From Phoronis australis (Eukaryota; Animalia; Phoronida), in assembly GCA_002633005.1 (NCBI GenBank), contig NMRA01000061.1:1091262-1155261 (forward strand): 64,000 nucleotides of DNA, written 5' to 3'. Positions 51,627 to 64,000 of the stretch are shown piece after piece (the stretch's first letter is position 1; every line of letters begins with the position of its first letter). The position numbers and the translations under genes are program-made. The notes beneath the pieces are model-generated. The model saw only the letters and a list, made by a program, of their open reading frames with translations. It was not told the DNA's origin and ran no database searches.

Positions 51627-54600
51627 GTATGTTGATTAAGACTATGGATGTTAATCGCACTTCAACACTGATGACTTAGCCGTCTTTACAGTTTTCGAAC
51701 ATCTGTTCTGTGACTGCCTTGGTGTATGTCTGATGATAAGTCAACATTAGTCATTGCTGAAGTGGACCAGCGAAGAGGACTCTTGAGACTGCTTCATTCT
51801 CCATGCAAAATCTGTTTTATTGCTGGTGTCTCTTGTCTCGTTTTGTCTGGTCTAAGAATAATGCTAAGGGTCTCTGCGTCATTTACAATTTCTGCTTTTG
51901 TGAAACCAGCGCTCAGCAGCGTGTTTCGGTCAAGGACGGTGCCATATTCCGTTGTATAATGTCAGTTACCTGGGTATTCAGACTGGGCAGCTTGCAGTGT
52001 TGTGAGGTCAGTCACCGGAAGGCTTGGTATAGCTGCTGCTACTCTGTGCCTCCATGGTGCAGCGGTCAGTGCTAGCAGGCAAGGATATCTTGGTGAGGGT
52101 GTTCCCAGGTTCTCATTTCCAGCATCCTGTAACTGTTTGCAGACAGACTGAATTTTAGCATGCTTCCAACCTACTCCATGAAATGAGTGTGAGTTGCGTG
52201 GCTGGGGGTGACCCTGTTTAATGTGTTTTAAGTCTTGTAGTTGAGAGAATGTTTTTGTCAAAATTGCATTTAAGTTTCCTCGCTTCTGAGTGTTCTCCAC
52301 AATTGTTTTGTGCGAGCTTGGCGTGCTTGCCTCGAGTTTGAAAAATTTATGTAATTTGTTTGAAGTATTGTGAATTCAGTCATTTGTTTCACAAATTCCG
52401 GCACATTTGAGTTTTGGTCTTCTAGTCCGATGCATTTATAACCTACAAACTCCCCACAGTATGGACACGGATTTTCGAACATATACCAGTAAATAAATTT
52501 TAAAATTCTAGTTTAAAACACTGGCAGAGTTATGTAACCGTCCCTAATTTTGAGAAACATTTTCACCACTTTCATGGTGCTATCTAGACCATTCTCAAAA
52601 TCATTTGGAAGACACTGGACACTGTATCTAATTTCTGTCACTGCTATCACACTTACATGTTGTTTCCCTCAGGCATATTGTATTTCAGTGAAAGTAGTGG
52701 ATAATGGACACCTTTTGGCTATAATATTCTCGGCTGAAATAATTTATCTCAATACACTCATGTACCCTCATTGTTGGCCGATTACCCTTTTACCATACTT
52801 TATTCTCAAATAGCATCAATTGCCTTAACTCCACCAGGAGGGGATTCTATGATATATATCAAAATATTAAGTGTAATCTACTAGTATCTATGGTAAAATC
52901 TGGATTAATAGACACGGCTTATTTAGGGATCTGCCACTGTAGTTTGGTGAATGGGAAAATACTGTAGTTCTGAGGAATTGCCCAGAAACTATCCGTGTCA
53001 TCAGAAAACTCTCATTTATAAATGTGTACATTCCTTGCACACAAAAGTTTTGGGGTGGCTGTTTAAGTGCAGTATTAATCTAGAGGCCACTTCTGGGAGT
53101 GTCTGAGCACTGTGCATGGACAGCACCTATTGTGTTATCTACTCCCACAACATGCAATCAGTCTTTGGGTCAAAGGTCAACCTGGCAATATTACTCACCC
53201 ATATGGGATTATGTAAGGGAGTATGGTTGAGTCTTTTGGTGTGGAGAATCTGATCAATTTGCTAACGAATGGCACATTTCTGTTTAATGGTCTTTTAGAA
53301 TGTTATTTGGCACAAAAAGTACTTTGTGTAAAACTGTTCCAAAGCCTTTTTTTGTTTCTACAAAGAACATGATTCCCATATTGTACTTTATAACTACAGT
53401 GTCTCTAGAGCAAAATGTGAATTTAACAAATTAGGAAAATTTTTCAGAATTTTTACTGAAAGACAATTCAGCTGAGGGCTTGACACTAACATTTTTAATA
53501 TGACCCTCCAGTGAGGTTGTCTGTTTACAAAAGCTTCTTAGCATTGTTTCGAATGTCCACAGTTTCACAAAACATTGTCTTGTGTTAACTAAAGCACATA
53601 AAACTGATGGAATGTTCTTTTGGTGATACCGAGCTATTATGAATAAAACAAAAATTAAAATTTCACTTGTCCACCAGAATTGTAGATTTTATGGTATTTT
53701 CACAAAGTGGCGCAGTGTTCTCCACAACTTGAAGCTGTAAAGAGTTTGGATTTTGCCCTTTTGAGTTTCGAAAGTGCTGTGTCAAGTTTGAACTTTTAGC
53801 CTGGCTTGGCATTTCAGCACAAGACACCAAAGCAGAGCTTGATTACCAACATTTAACCCATAACAGATTATTAGAGACAGTCAACGTTATATGTATAACT
53901 TTGTATGACACTACAAGAGTTTGAATTATAATTAATAAAATCTGCAAAAATCTTTAAATAACAAAAATTTCATGGATTCATCTAGCTTGCTTAATCAAAT
54001 TACTAATCTACTGTGTCATTATAACTTTAAAATTTTGCAAGTCAATCTGTAAAGAAACAATTTAATTTGCTTAATAAAGACAATTTTGATTTTGACTGAC
54101 ATCTAGTGGCAAGTTAGAACTTTATGAGCTTATTCAACTTGACAACAGGTGTCACTAAAAACTAGGTCACATCAGTACTCATGTTAGTAGTACTTAATAT
54201 GTCTAATTAATATTAAAATCGGCATTGGTATTATTAAAGGAACTTTTAATCTTTTGTTTGCTGCTCTGGGTCTGTCAAATGCTTTGGAGGAATTATGAGA
54301 TACATTAGTAGGAAACCTAAACTTTGAAGTGTCTAAAAAGTAGGTCACACCGGTGCAGTGTGCAGTTTTTAACCATATATAAATACCTCCAGCACACCCA
54401 TGGTTATGATTAGAAATGAAACAATGTCATTAATTGACACTAAACATTTTCCTTGAGTTTGGAGTTTATAATGTGGAGAACACTGTATCTTAATTCAAAG
54501 CGCAGCTGTGTGTAGGGTATTTTCCCTTTGGTTATCATGAACCAGATCTCAACTCCCCAATGGTTGGTGTATGGAGTTAAAAAACTTTTTTGTATTCAAT

Positions 54601-57019
54601 GGATGAGTCGTGATTACCCCAGGTGATAAATTTGGTAATGCTTTATCACATGACTGTGATACAGCTGCTTACTGTGACCTACATCGGTGTGCTGCACGAC
54701 TAGACTCGAGTGAACAGTGCTGTAGTCTTTCATAAGGGTCCCTGGCAATGTGGTATGAAATGACAACAGAACAGTACTTGAAGAGTGGTCTTGAGTTTGG
54801 CAGAAAACATGTCTCTATTATAGTACCAGGTATAACTTACAGGTGACGGTTTCAGATTTCGAATTTTCTCAATGGTCTGGTCGTTTTCCACTCATTGACT
54901 TTTGCTTTTGTTTTAGAATGAATGTCCAATTGCAATAGATTTGTAGCTTTTTGTCTTACTAGTTTAGTAGTATAAGGCATAATGTTTAATAATTATAAGT
55001 TATGAGTTATTTGTTTAAAGCCCCTGACTGTGACAGATATGAGCGACTGCCTGGTAGTAATGAACAGTGTTAGATTTTGAAATTCATGAATATTTAACTA
55101 TTTAATCAAGTGCTCTTAATTTTTAATACCAATTTTACTTGTCACGATAATGTGACATGCAAGTTGCTTGTCATGGCAGCGATTTTCATGTACAGTAATC
55201 GTTTTCAATTTTGCCTCAACTAAAAGTCAGTTGTGGCTAGTTGAGAGGCAATTGAGTTATTAACATTTACACATCCCTCCAAGCACACCAGTGAACAAAT
55301 TGTTTCGAGTAATATTGAGCGAGGATATGCAGGCTGTTATTACTTGGATTTCAAAAGGGTCTGTGATGTACAATGCGGCAAGGTAATCAGTCATTGAATT
55401 ACAGACGATTGACATTTTTAGGTATTACTTTCGTGCAAAACGAGGGAAATTTTCTCTTGGACAATTCTGTGTACTTGAGCTGCTTCCGCTATGGGTTAAT
55501 GGTACTTGATTTTACAAGATGGGTATCAGAACTTATTTTTGATTAGCGTAGAGATAACGTACTGTTGTAAAGTCGTCGACTGCTGTCTTTCATGATGTAC
55601 TAGTTTACAATTCCGCTGTCTTATTTTTGAACCCTAACTTGGAATGCTTTCGAGAGCTTTAAGTAATAATGTCTAACTCTGGTTTCGAGTGTAAAACCTC
55701 AAGCAAACCACACTGAGACACTGACGGTATGTAATTTAGTATGGTCAAGAAAAATACTGATGTCTAAAGCTTTTGCTCTGTTTACATACCAGAACAAGGT
55801 TGCTGTAGTTCTATGGGCAGTCCAGTCGTTTTGAGCCTTTTAGCCTTCTGGAATTTTAGTACTAGCACCATTTTGTTTTCACCATGTATTAAAAAATATT
55901 GCTGCAGAGTGTGTTGGAAAACTCTAAGTTGTGTTTAAAATCTCGAATCATGTTTGAGATCCCTAATTTCTTTCTGCTGTGCAAGATAAAGAGTTGAAAA
56001 GCTATTGTATAGTGACACTTAGCTTGCAAAGATTGGCACATGGCCAAGTCTGGCACATTTCTTAGGATCTACACTGCCTTTTGTATCAACATAGTCTGAA
56101 AATAGACTGGTATACATTGATCATAATTCCTAAATTTGGTATATAGTCCATATCTCCTATTTCTAAAATTTGGTACAACCTATAATAATAACGTGATTGA
56201 CGGTTCCTTTGAAAGTGCAGTTTACGCTTTAAGAAAGCTGGCGTTTTTAAGGCCAAAACTTTGAAGCTCCAGAATCAGAGTGTGGTGTGATGGAACTTAT
56301 TCTTTGCACGTGTCCCGCTTCCTGACCTTGGAATGGGAGGCTTTGACCCACTGCTTTGTGTGGAGTAACAATGTCAGGGGGGGGGGGAGTACCCATCAAC
56401 TTTACTGTCTAATTTTATGCTCATTGAAGAAATTGATTAAAATCTGTTCAGAAGTATTCTGTACCGAAACGTTATGCAATAGCACATGTCGCATAATGCG
56501 TTTTTGTTGAGAATTATAAAACTGAATTTTAATACCAGCAACACATGTTTCTGAACAATGTCCTTGCTTCAATATGCCCAACCTCAGATAGACTAAACAT
56601 ATCTGAGACCCAACCAATACAAGCAGTCTGAAGATTGGGGAGTATGGAGGGACTGTCCAGCCATGATGTAGCTAATTGGAACACAGATGGACAGATAGCA
56701 ATAGGTCAGCGAGGTTGGTTCTGTTTCACCTAACCATGTTGAGTTCCAGCTGCCTCTGTTATGTTTGTGAGCTCTTTGAAGCCTGACTTCCGTTGAGTTT
56801 GGAGGTGTTCCTCTGATCAGCTGTCGTGATCTGTACCCTTCCTTCGGTGTTCTGTAGCATATCATAAACGCAAGACTATAAAACAACAACCTTTGATCTT
56901 GTGCTGATGCCTGTCTCTGCCTTTCACTCTAAGTAGCAAGTCTTCCAGTCGTGTTGAGATGTGGCCACATAATTTTACTGAATTTGAATTCTATGCTGTT
57001 GCTGGTGTCAGTTGAATTC

Positions 57020-57430
57020 AGTCCCCTTTACACAGACTTGCCTTAGAACAACTTGCAATAGTGCAACTTGCCGCAGTTTAAGTGGAGTGTCTGCACACAT
57101 TTTTCTGATAACTGGCACAAGGCAGAAGTTGTCGCTCAGTACATGACGATGGACAACTGATGCGGATATGGCGCTCAAAAGAAAATCCATCTGTATGTAA
57201 TCCCAGATGAGAATTACTTTCATCTTGTCCCATGTTTGCAGCCATGTAGTGATTAGAATGGCGCAAGTTACCCTAGATCAAGTTATCCTGCCTCGATAAG
57301 GTGGAGTAAGTTGTCACCAGTGAGGCAAGTTGCACTCATTTATATAGCGTACGGATAGCCCTCAAAGTTAGCAACAACTTGTTCCAGGAGTAACTTGTTC
57401 TGGGATAAGTCGGTGTGGTCGACGCATTTG
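57020..57430 (+). repeat. Interspersed MITE-like repeat, diverged second copy at ~60930-61345
   Basis: Shared blocks: CAACTTGC...AGTTTAAGTGGAG, GATAAC...CAAGGC.GAA.TTG, CAAGTTACCCTAGA, CCTCGATAAG.TGGAGTAAGTTGTCAC, CAGCCCTCAAA...AGCAACAACT...TAACTTGTTCT. Confidence 0.75.
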
Positions 57431-58740
57431 AATATTTGTCTCTGAATCCAGTTTGGCATATCATAGACCTGTCCTGAAATAACACAGCACAACCCTCTCT
57501 TTAAGGTGTTGACCCACAATGCAACACTGGTGTCCAGCACTTTTCCTGGTTCTTCCTATGGCATGATGTACTTAGTCATTATCTCATCTCAAAAATATTA
57601 TGTAATTCATCCTTTTGATGCTGGCAAACTTGTGTAATTGCATTGTGAGTGGAAATAGGGGTAAATATCAGCCATGGATTAATGTGCTTCCTTCTTCAAC
57701 AACTCAGGAGATCCATACATTTGAAAAGTAGGTCAGTCATGCAGTGTATTTCCTATCTCCGAAAGAGGAGACTTCGATCCAAAACTGACCCATTTGTAGC
57801 CTATCATTGCATGTGCTTTAAAAAGTAATTCTGTGCCAATGACTGATTCCTGCCAATTGGTTTTCATTGACATCCACATTTTATTAGGATCTCAAGTTAT
57901 TGTTTGGTTGTGTGTGGAATAAATCGTCCTTCTCACATATTCAGCGAGAGCTCTCTTGCCATAAATCTAATTTCCATAAATCTAATTTCGCCAACTTTTG
58001 TTAGAAAAATCCTGTGTCAGGTTCTTGACGTCTCTATGGTGACCAAGTAAAAGTCAGTTTTTCTTGGCACTTCATGTGTTTTGACATGGAAAGAAGGCTT
58101 GTTGTAGACAGTGTCAACTTTCATCTTGATAGCCTGAGTTGTTGATTTCTCACTATTTCTCATGAGAGTAATTGCCAAAGTTGAAAATTGCTTTTCTATT
58201 TTTCAAACTTTATGCTTTGAATATTGGAAACTTAAAAAAAAATTGTAACATCTGCTATGTTTTCTACAACCTTTTGACTCGTTACTATATCGAGTTTGGA
58301 TTTTGCTGTATCCACTTTGGATCACATGTTTTGAATTTGAAAATTGTGCAGTAAATCAAAATCATGGAAAATAAGTTATTTATAGCACGTTTTGAATGTT
58401 TAGCACCTGTTATGTGTGGTGAGTTTGAGACTTTTGTGGAAGGCCGTCCCACAGTATGAACACGGACTTTCGAACATTTCTTAAAAATTTCTGCCTAGTT
58501 TGAGTCTTCTATCTTGTAGAAGACTAACAACAAACTAAGATTTTTTGTCAATTTTGTTGCAAAATTGACAAATTGATATTTTTCTTGCCCACCATATTAT
58601 AATTAGGTGTAGAAATACTCCACCTATAATGCTCAGTCATTCCTAATTTGCGTCCATCATAGTTTGTAAGATTGGTAGGTACACCCTACAGATCAAGGTT
58701 CAAGTTTTTCTGTTATCTCTTGAAGGCTGGACATTACTGT

Positions 58741-59160
58741 AGTCCCTTTTAGACATCAACTTTTGGCCCGGCGCAACTGACACGGGGCAAATTGACCCGT
58801 GTCAAGCGGCCGTTTACACACACAACTCACTAACTGTGCCAAGACGGAAATTAAAGGGTGCAGAGACTGGATCGCACGTACGCAGGTTTACAAATGACGA
58901 GAGTTGCAGAGACAAAGAACCCGTATGTATGTCATTGCACAAGCGTAGTAGAGATGATCCTTTCCGCCTTGCTCCAGTTTCGCGTTTAGACTTCTAATTG
59001 ACACGGCGCAAGATGTTCGAGCGCAAATTGCTCTACCTCACAAACGGGTGGCAAAAATTTGTCACCGCAGTGTCAATTTGCTCCGTGCATGTCCGTTTAC
59101 ACACCGGAACAACTTGTTCCGCGTCAGCTGATCCGTGTCAACTTTGTAAGTGTAAACGGT
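58741..59160. mobile_element. Probable MITE with imperfect long inverted ends (CCGTTTACAC / TGACACGG motifs)
   Basis: The left end CC.TTT.GAC...CAACTGACACGGGGCAAATTG is roughly the reverse complement of the right end CAACTTGTTCCGCGTCAGCTG...GTGTAAACGG. CpG-rich relative to the flanks; no clear TSD. Confidence 0.5.
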
Positions 59161-61929
59161 GTTAATGTGGAACTTGCCCGCTGTCTCTGTGATTGCTTGG
59201 TCAAATTAGTTAGAAACACAACATACAGCCACAATGTGAATATATAGTAGGTTGAAAATTGACAAATGTTTTTAAGAATGATATTTGTGCTGAAAATGAT
59301 CTGCCGTTAATCACTCAACAGTGTGCAGTAAGTATCGTGAGGTGCTGTTGGGGAATAACACTGCATGCTGTGGGGTAAGTGAGCCCCCCAGGTACATCAT
59401 AAGGGCAAAGGTCACCTTCTTGCAATTTTTTTTTGTTTTCACATTCACAAGTTGTCAATGAATACAACTGCACCTCGTTTAGCGAAGATGATGTTCAAAC
59501 AGCATTGTCATTCACTTCCTGCTATATATTAGCTTAGTTAGGAGCATGCAAATACATCATTAAAGGTGTGTCTAACCAAATCTAGGTCAAGGTGTCTTGT
59601 TGGCTTAGGTATCGATTTCTTATGCTAATAAACGGTGCAGAGGAATTTCTTAAAATACATTGTGTGTTTTCAACAGCCTAATTATGTGTTCTGTGTGTTT
59701 TGGCCTAGAGTCATGTCTTCACGGCAAGTTATCTAGCACGGCTCTTACTCTCCTCAGAGGAAGGGTGCCTATACATTCCGAGAGCGAAGGGGAAAATCCC
59801 TCCACGGCCGCCACCTATTTCTTACATCTCTAGTAATCACCAACGCACCACCCTGGTGTTGACCTCAGTAGCCAAAACTCATGTTTTGTGCTATGGCCTG
59901 ACACATTACTTTGTAGAGCAGACTAGTCTGGCTGGCCATGTGACTTTTTCTGGAATTGGACTAACCTAAGTAGTGTGGGCGTCAGGTACTGTGATCCTAA
60001 TGCTCCCTTGGATGACTTTCTTTGCTTCATGCTATATGATACCCCTGCAACTGTGATGAAACTAACCCAAATTCTACATTGAGGCTATGATCCCTGAAAA
60101 GGTTAGACAGTGACCACTACCTCTAGCTGGACTTATGGTGAAGCTGGTATAGTCGCTTCATATGCTGGAAGCTTTTTGACGAATTTTGCCTCACATTGTT
60201 TAAAACGTCAAAGCCACATTGTTATAAGTACTATTTGTGCTTAGAGGGACACCTTCCATCTCTAACAAATACTCCTCTAATCAAACTTTTTCTTCGAGCA
60301 GTTCTGGTGCAGGCTAGTGTTAAATATAGCCAGTTGCAGATTTGGGCAAGTGAACGAAGGACTGCGACACTCCCAATACGTTTTGTGTATGTCTTTGATT
60401 TCACAGCATAGTCTGTTGTGTCTTTGACTTCACAGTGCATTCTGCTAAGTCATTTGAGTTCCACTCAGGGCCCTCAATGCCTTGATTTTGGGGTTCAGGG
60501 TGGTGTCAGTTACCTTCTGGAAAATTATTGCGACCAACTACACAGCAACAAAAGTATGACAAATTTTGTTATCGGTTACAGCTATGATGATGCAGAACAT
60601 ACTTAGATAAAGAACTTGAGCAATTTCTCTTGCATTAGTTGAAGACCAGGCTGTAATGGATGGTAGTTACTGGAAGTTGTTGTGTTTGAAACTGTCCCAT
60701 TAGAAGCTCTAATTGGTCTATTTACTGCATGTGCCACTAAAATGTACTCATGTTCTAATGGCTTGTAGTGGCCATGTTTGGTTTGAACATGCTTAGCCAT
60801 TGTGTAAACAGTGTTTGCTGTCAAGCCACTTCTATGGTGTGCTGAGTAAATAACATAAATGTTGCACTTCTCAGTCTCACTGTTCCAGTGGTAGAGATGG
60901 TCTTCACAAGTGCGGTACACACTCTTTAGTTACCCTAGAACAAGTTTGTCCTAAGTCCCGTCCACATTCAGACATACGCTAAGACAACTTGCACTAGTTT
61001 AAGTGGAGCGTCCACACAGACATCCGATAACCAGCGCAAGGCGGAACTTGCTGCTCTGCACGACAATGAACAGCTGATGTGAATACGGCACGCAAAAAAG
61101 ACCTGTCTGTACGTTTTGTAGCTGATAATTAATTCATCTTGCCCCAGGTTTGCGCCACACGGCGATTAGAAGTGGCACTTGTTCAAGTTACCCTAGAACA
61201 ATTAGTTACCCGACCTCGATAAGATGGAGTAAGTTGTCACAAGTGGGGTAAGTTGCACTAGTTTAAATAGCATCAACACAGCCCTCAAACCTAGCAACAA
61301 CTCATTTCAGGACTAACTTGTTCTTGGGTTAATCTGTTGTCTCCAGGTTCAGCTGTAGTGTGGGTGCTGTTTGACACGTGGGTGACAACTCACCTCCACC
61401 TTATTAAGATAGATATCTTCAAAAATGCGATGAATATTTCATTGAGCTAGCCTTCCGTATAGGATAATCGTTTCTTCAAACCTATTTTGGACTCTGTATT
61501 TTTGAAATCCTGGGTTAAACCTTTGTACTATTTGTGTAGTCTTATGATCATGGATGTAAGCAGTCACGGATATACAGTGGGATACAGACGTGGGTCAGGA
61601 ATCGCGTTCAAATGGATGGATGGCTTTACGTGTGTCACGTTTGATATACGGTTGGCATTATTACGTCCTGATATGAAAGAGAATGTTGGAAATCTGACTA
61701 ACCCCAAATTATTTTTGCATAAAATCTAGTGCATTCTTAGTAAATTTTATTATAAAGTTATAAAATAAAATGTCGTGTGACTGTTGTTGTCCTTACATGA
61801 CTGAGCATAGGATAACAACAACATACTTGTGTCACTTTGTCATTGTTATCCAATAAGAAAAGCTATAAATAACATAGGTGAATACTGGATTTACTTCACA
61901 ATGTGATAACATCCATAACGCGAAGTTGT

Positions 61930-61990
61930 CGTGAGGACTCGATTGGGACCTCAGGGGTCTCACGCTCCACCGGCTAAATTGAAAAGGCTT
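61930..61990 (-). repeat. Possible degenerate tRNA-derived SINE head
   Basis: The minus strand reads TAGCCGGTGGAGCGTGAGAC...GAGGTCCCAATCGAGTCC, with A-box-like and B-box-like remnants. It is not a foldable tRNA. Confidence 0.3.
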
Positions 61991-63833
61991 TGTCCAGTCA
62001 CGCGTTGTGGGTCATAAATCGAGATAATGATACCAACAGCTGACGCGACAAGCAGAACTACTTTCTTTTACTTCATTTGTGCACTAACTGGAGAAATTTA
62101 GAATTAGACTTTTAAACACTATCCGATCGTCAACTTTTTTCGGGAGACTTAAATCTCATCTGCCTGGAAAATAGTCTTGTATATTTAACAAACACTTAAA
62201 GCCAGCCGTTTTCACTACTGTTTTTGTCTCGAGCTGTGAAATATTGATTATATACAGCATTCAGTTGCAGAGGCATTCAGTTTTGCAAGGGAGAAATTTG
62301 CAGTTGTGTCATTAATTTTGTCTTGAGTGTAGAGTACTACTGATTGTTGATGGTCTTACAAGTGTTTGATTGAGGTTGTTCAGCACATCATGACCTTTGA
62401 CCTCTCGCCTTCACAGCAGATAAAGCGGGTGGATAAGAAGCAAGTAATATAGTAAAATCTTTTAAAATCTGATCAATTTCTGAGGAAAGTAATTATCGCG
62501 TGATTGATATTGCCGCTTTTGGAGAGGTTTCCGGCATTGGTGTCGACGTATGTCTACACCCATACAAAACGCTGTCTGATGATGCGGTACTTTTCGAGTT
62601 GAATTAATTAAAAGTTCGTTTGGTGCCATATGTCTTTTAAGAAAAAGACAATAAATTTCACTTCTCCAGTTCTCCGACATACATTCATTTTGTATCCTAA
62701 ATTTGCAAAACATGACAAGTGGTCCATTGTTGTATCAGATCAAAAACATTGTTGAACAATGTTTAGGTGATACTACCATTCTATTCTATCTGTTGATATC
62801 TGGCTAGGTTGAGTTTTGTTAATACCAGTTCAGTCTGGGTCATTGACTTTTGATTATACAACGATTGCATAGCTGTCAGACATGGTAAGTAAATTGCAAA
62901 ATTTAAAACAACAACTTCTCTTCCAAATAAATGCCCAGGTGACTGAGGTATTTGCTATATTTAGATACTGCTTTTCTGTTGGTTTAAAGAAATTAAGAAA
63001 GGTTATCTGAAAGTCTTTTAAGGAGTACTTTGAATGTGACTGACTGTTGGGCTTCCATACTGGTGCGAGGGTTGATTAGAGGTCAGAAGTTCCACAAGGT
63101 GTCGCCATCGGATTTTTGAGGGTTTTTCTCAATTTATTGAAGTACAAATATAAAATATCTCGGTTTAATGATCAATGGCAAACTAGTCAAATTTGATTTT
63201 CTGATTTGCTGCAGCAAATTTTAATGCTTTACCGTGTTCAACTTCTATGTCATATTTCTACCATAAGAAAATATTTGGAAACAGTATGAGCATTCACAGC
63301 AGTGCTGGAAGCTGAAGCGCTTGAAACATAAAAAATGTCAATTTGCAGTTCTGTCCAAAACTGGGGAGATTTTTCTGAGTTAAATGTCAATTTGTTATTT
63401 GTAAAGCTGATCCCATTGAGTATGTGAATCCATTTTGGACGATTAGTCAATGGATGTATTAAATGTGAATTTGTTGATTGTTTTAAAGATAATCCGTTTG
63501 AGAATGTGAATCCTTTGATAAATTAGTTATAGGTTGATTGTTTAGTTACACGGGAATTTTATCTCTGAGATGCCGAGGATGGGCATGGTTGTTAAAGTGT
63601 ACGCAACATGACTCTAGTACCTCAAAATAAATTTTATTATTATATCTTACTTGATTTCAGTGCCTTTAGTGCACAGCTCATAAAGAAACACGTAAAAATT
63701 GAAAAAAATAATAATTATGTACAACGTCATGGGTTGAACCCAAGTCGTTCGGCACACTGTTCGGATCAGCAACTAAGTGTATAGAGTGAAGTGAAAGTAA
63801 AGTATATTTAGCGTCGAGAAGGTTCGTAGAGTG

Positions 63834-64000
63834 ATGAAAAGATGTGTTTGCGGAGGCTGCAGCAACAGCAGTCAGACGGAGAACGTCTCGGTGTTCCGAA
63901 GGACGCCAAAGTTGCGCAGTAGTGGCATCGCTTCGTGCGCCGAACGAGAGTGTGGGACCTCAGCGTGGACCAAGCGATTCTGTCCGGAGCCACTCTGTGT
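63834..64000 (+). pseudogene. Disrupted THAP zinc-finger domain (probable DNA-transposon relic), truncated by the window end
   Basis: MKRCVCGGCSNSSQTENVSVF, then a frameshift, then PKDAKVAQ*WHRFVRRTRVWDLSVDQAILSGATLC. This follows the THAP pattern M..C...GC.N...F.FP.D....W...LC(S.HF). Confidence 0.75.

Noticed and set aside
63725-63780. tRNA gene suggested by a GGGTTCAACCC T-arm-like motif on the minus strand
   Set aside because: No cloverleaf or acceptor stem can be formed; at most a SINE remnant.
51627-64000. REEP exon 2 (hydrophobic hairpin, ...GYGASLLCNLIGF.YPAY-like)
   Set aside because: I could not find a matching exon by eye. It probably lies beyond the window, though a diverged small exon could have been missed.

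Overview
This is AT-rich, intron-rich animal DNA, probably from an invertebrate deuterostome (inferred from gene structure and protein similarity; the species cannot be determined). It is not prokaryotic, so most ORFs in the six-frame track are spurious. Three genes can be read. (1) The first coding exon of a MEX3 KH/RING RNA-binding gene lies on the minus strand at 7719-7971; the rest of the gene is left of the window. (2) A complete COG1 (conserved oligomeric Golgi complex subunit 1) gene lies on the minus strand. I reconstructed it by hand as 22 coding exons from ATG 51390 to TAA 29983; every junction is GT-AG and phase-consistent, giving 2751 nt and 916 aa. (3) The first coding exon of a REEP5/REEP6 (DP1/Yop1) gene lies on the plus strand at 51497-51626, head-to-head with COG1, with only 106 bp between start codons. 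Two near-identical tandem duplications each abut a single 'n' (13340, 49743). They are most likely uncollapsed alleles, and one of them duplicates COG1 exon 2. The remainder is introns and intergenic DNA with transposon debris: a clean 501-bp MITE with a 6-bp target-site duplication, Gypsy pol relics, a broken THAP domain, minisatellites and repeats bearing CTCF-like motifs. I found no convincing evidence of a wholly new biological system. The best leads are the MEX3-REEP linkage, the exon-junction-derived repeat and duplicated exon in COG1, the splice donor directly after the COG1 stop, and a possible spliced divergent transcript at the MEX3 promoter.
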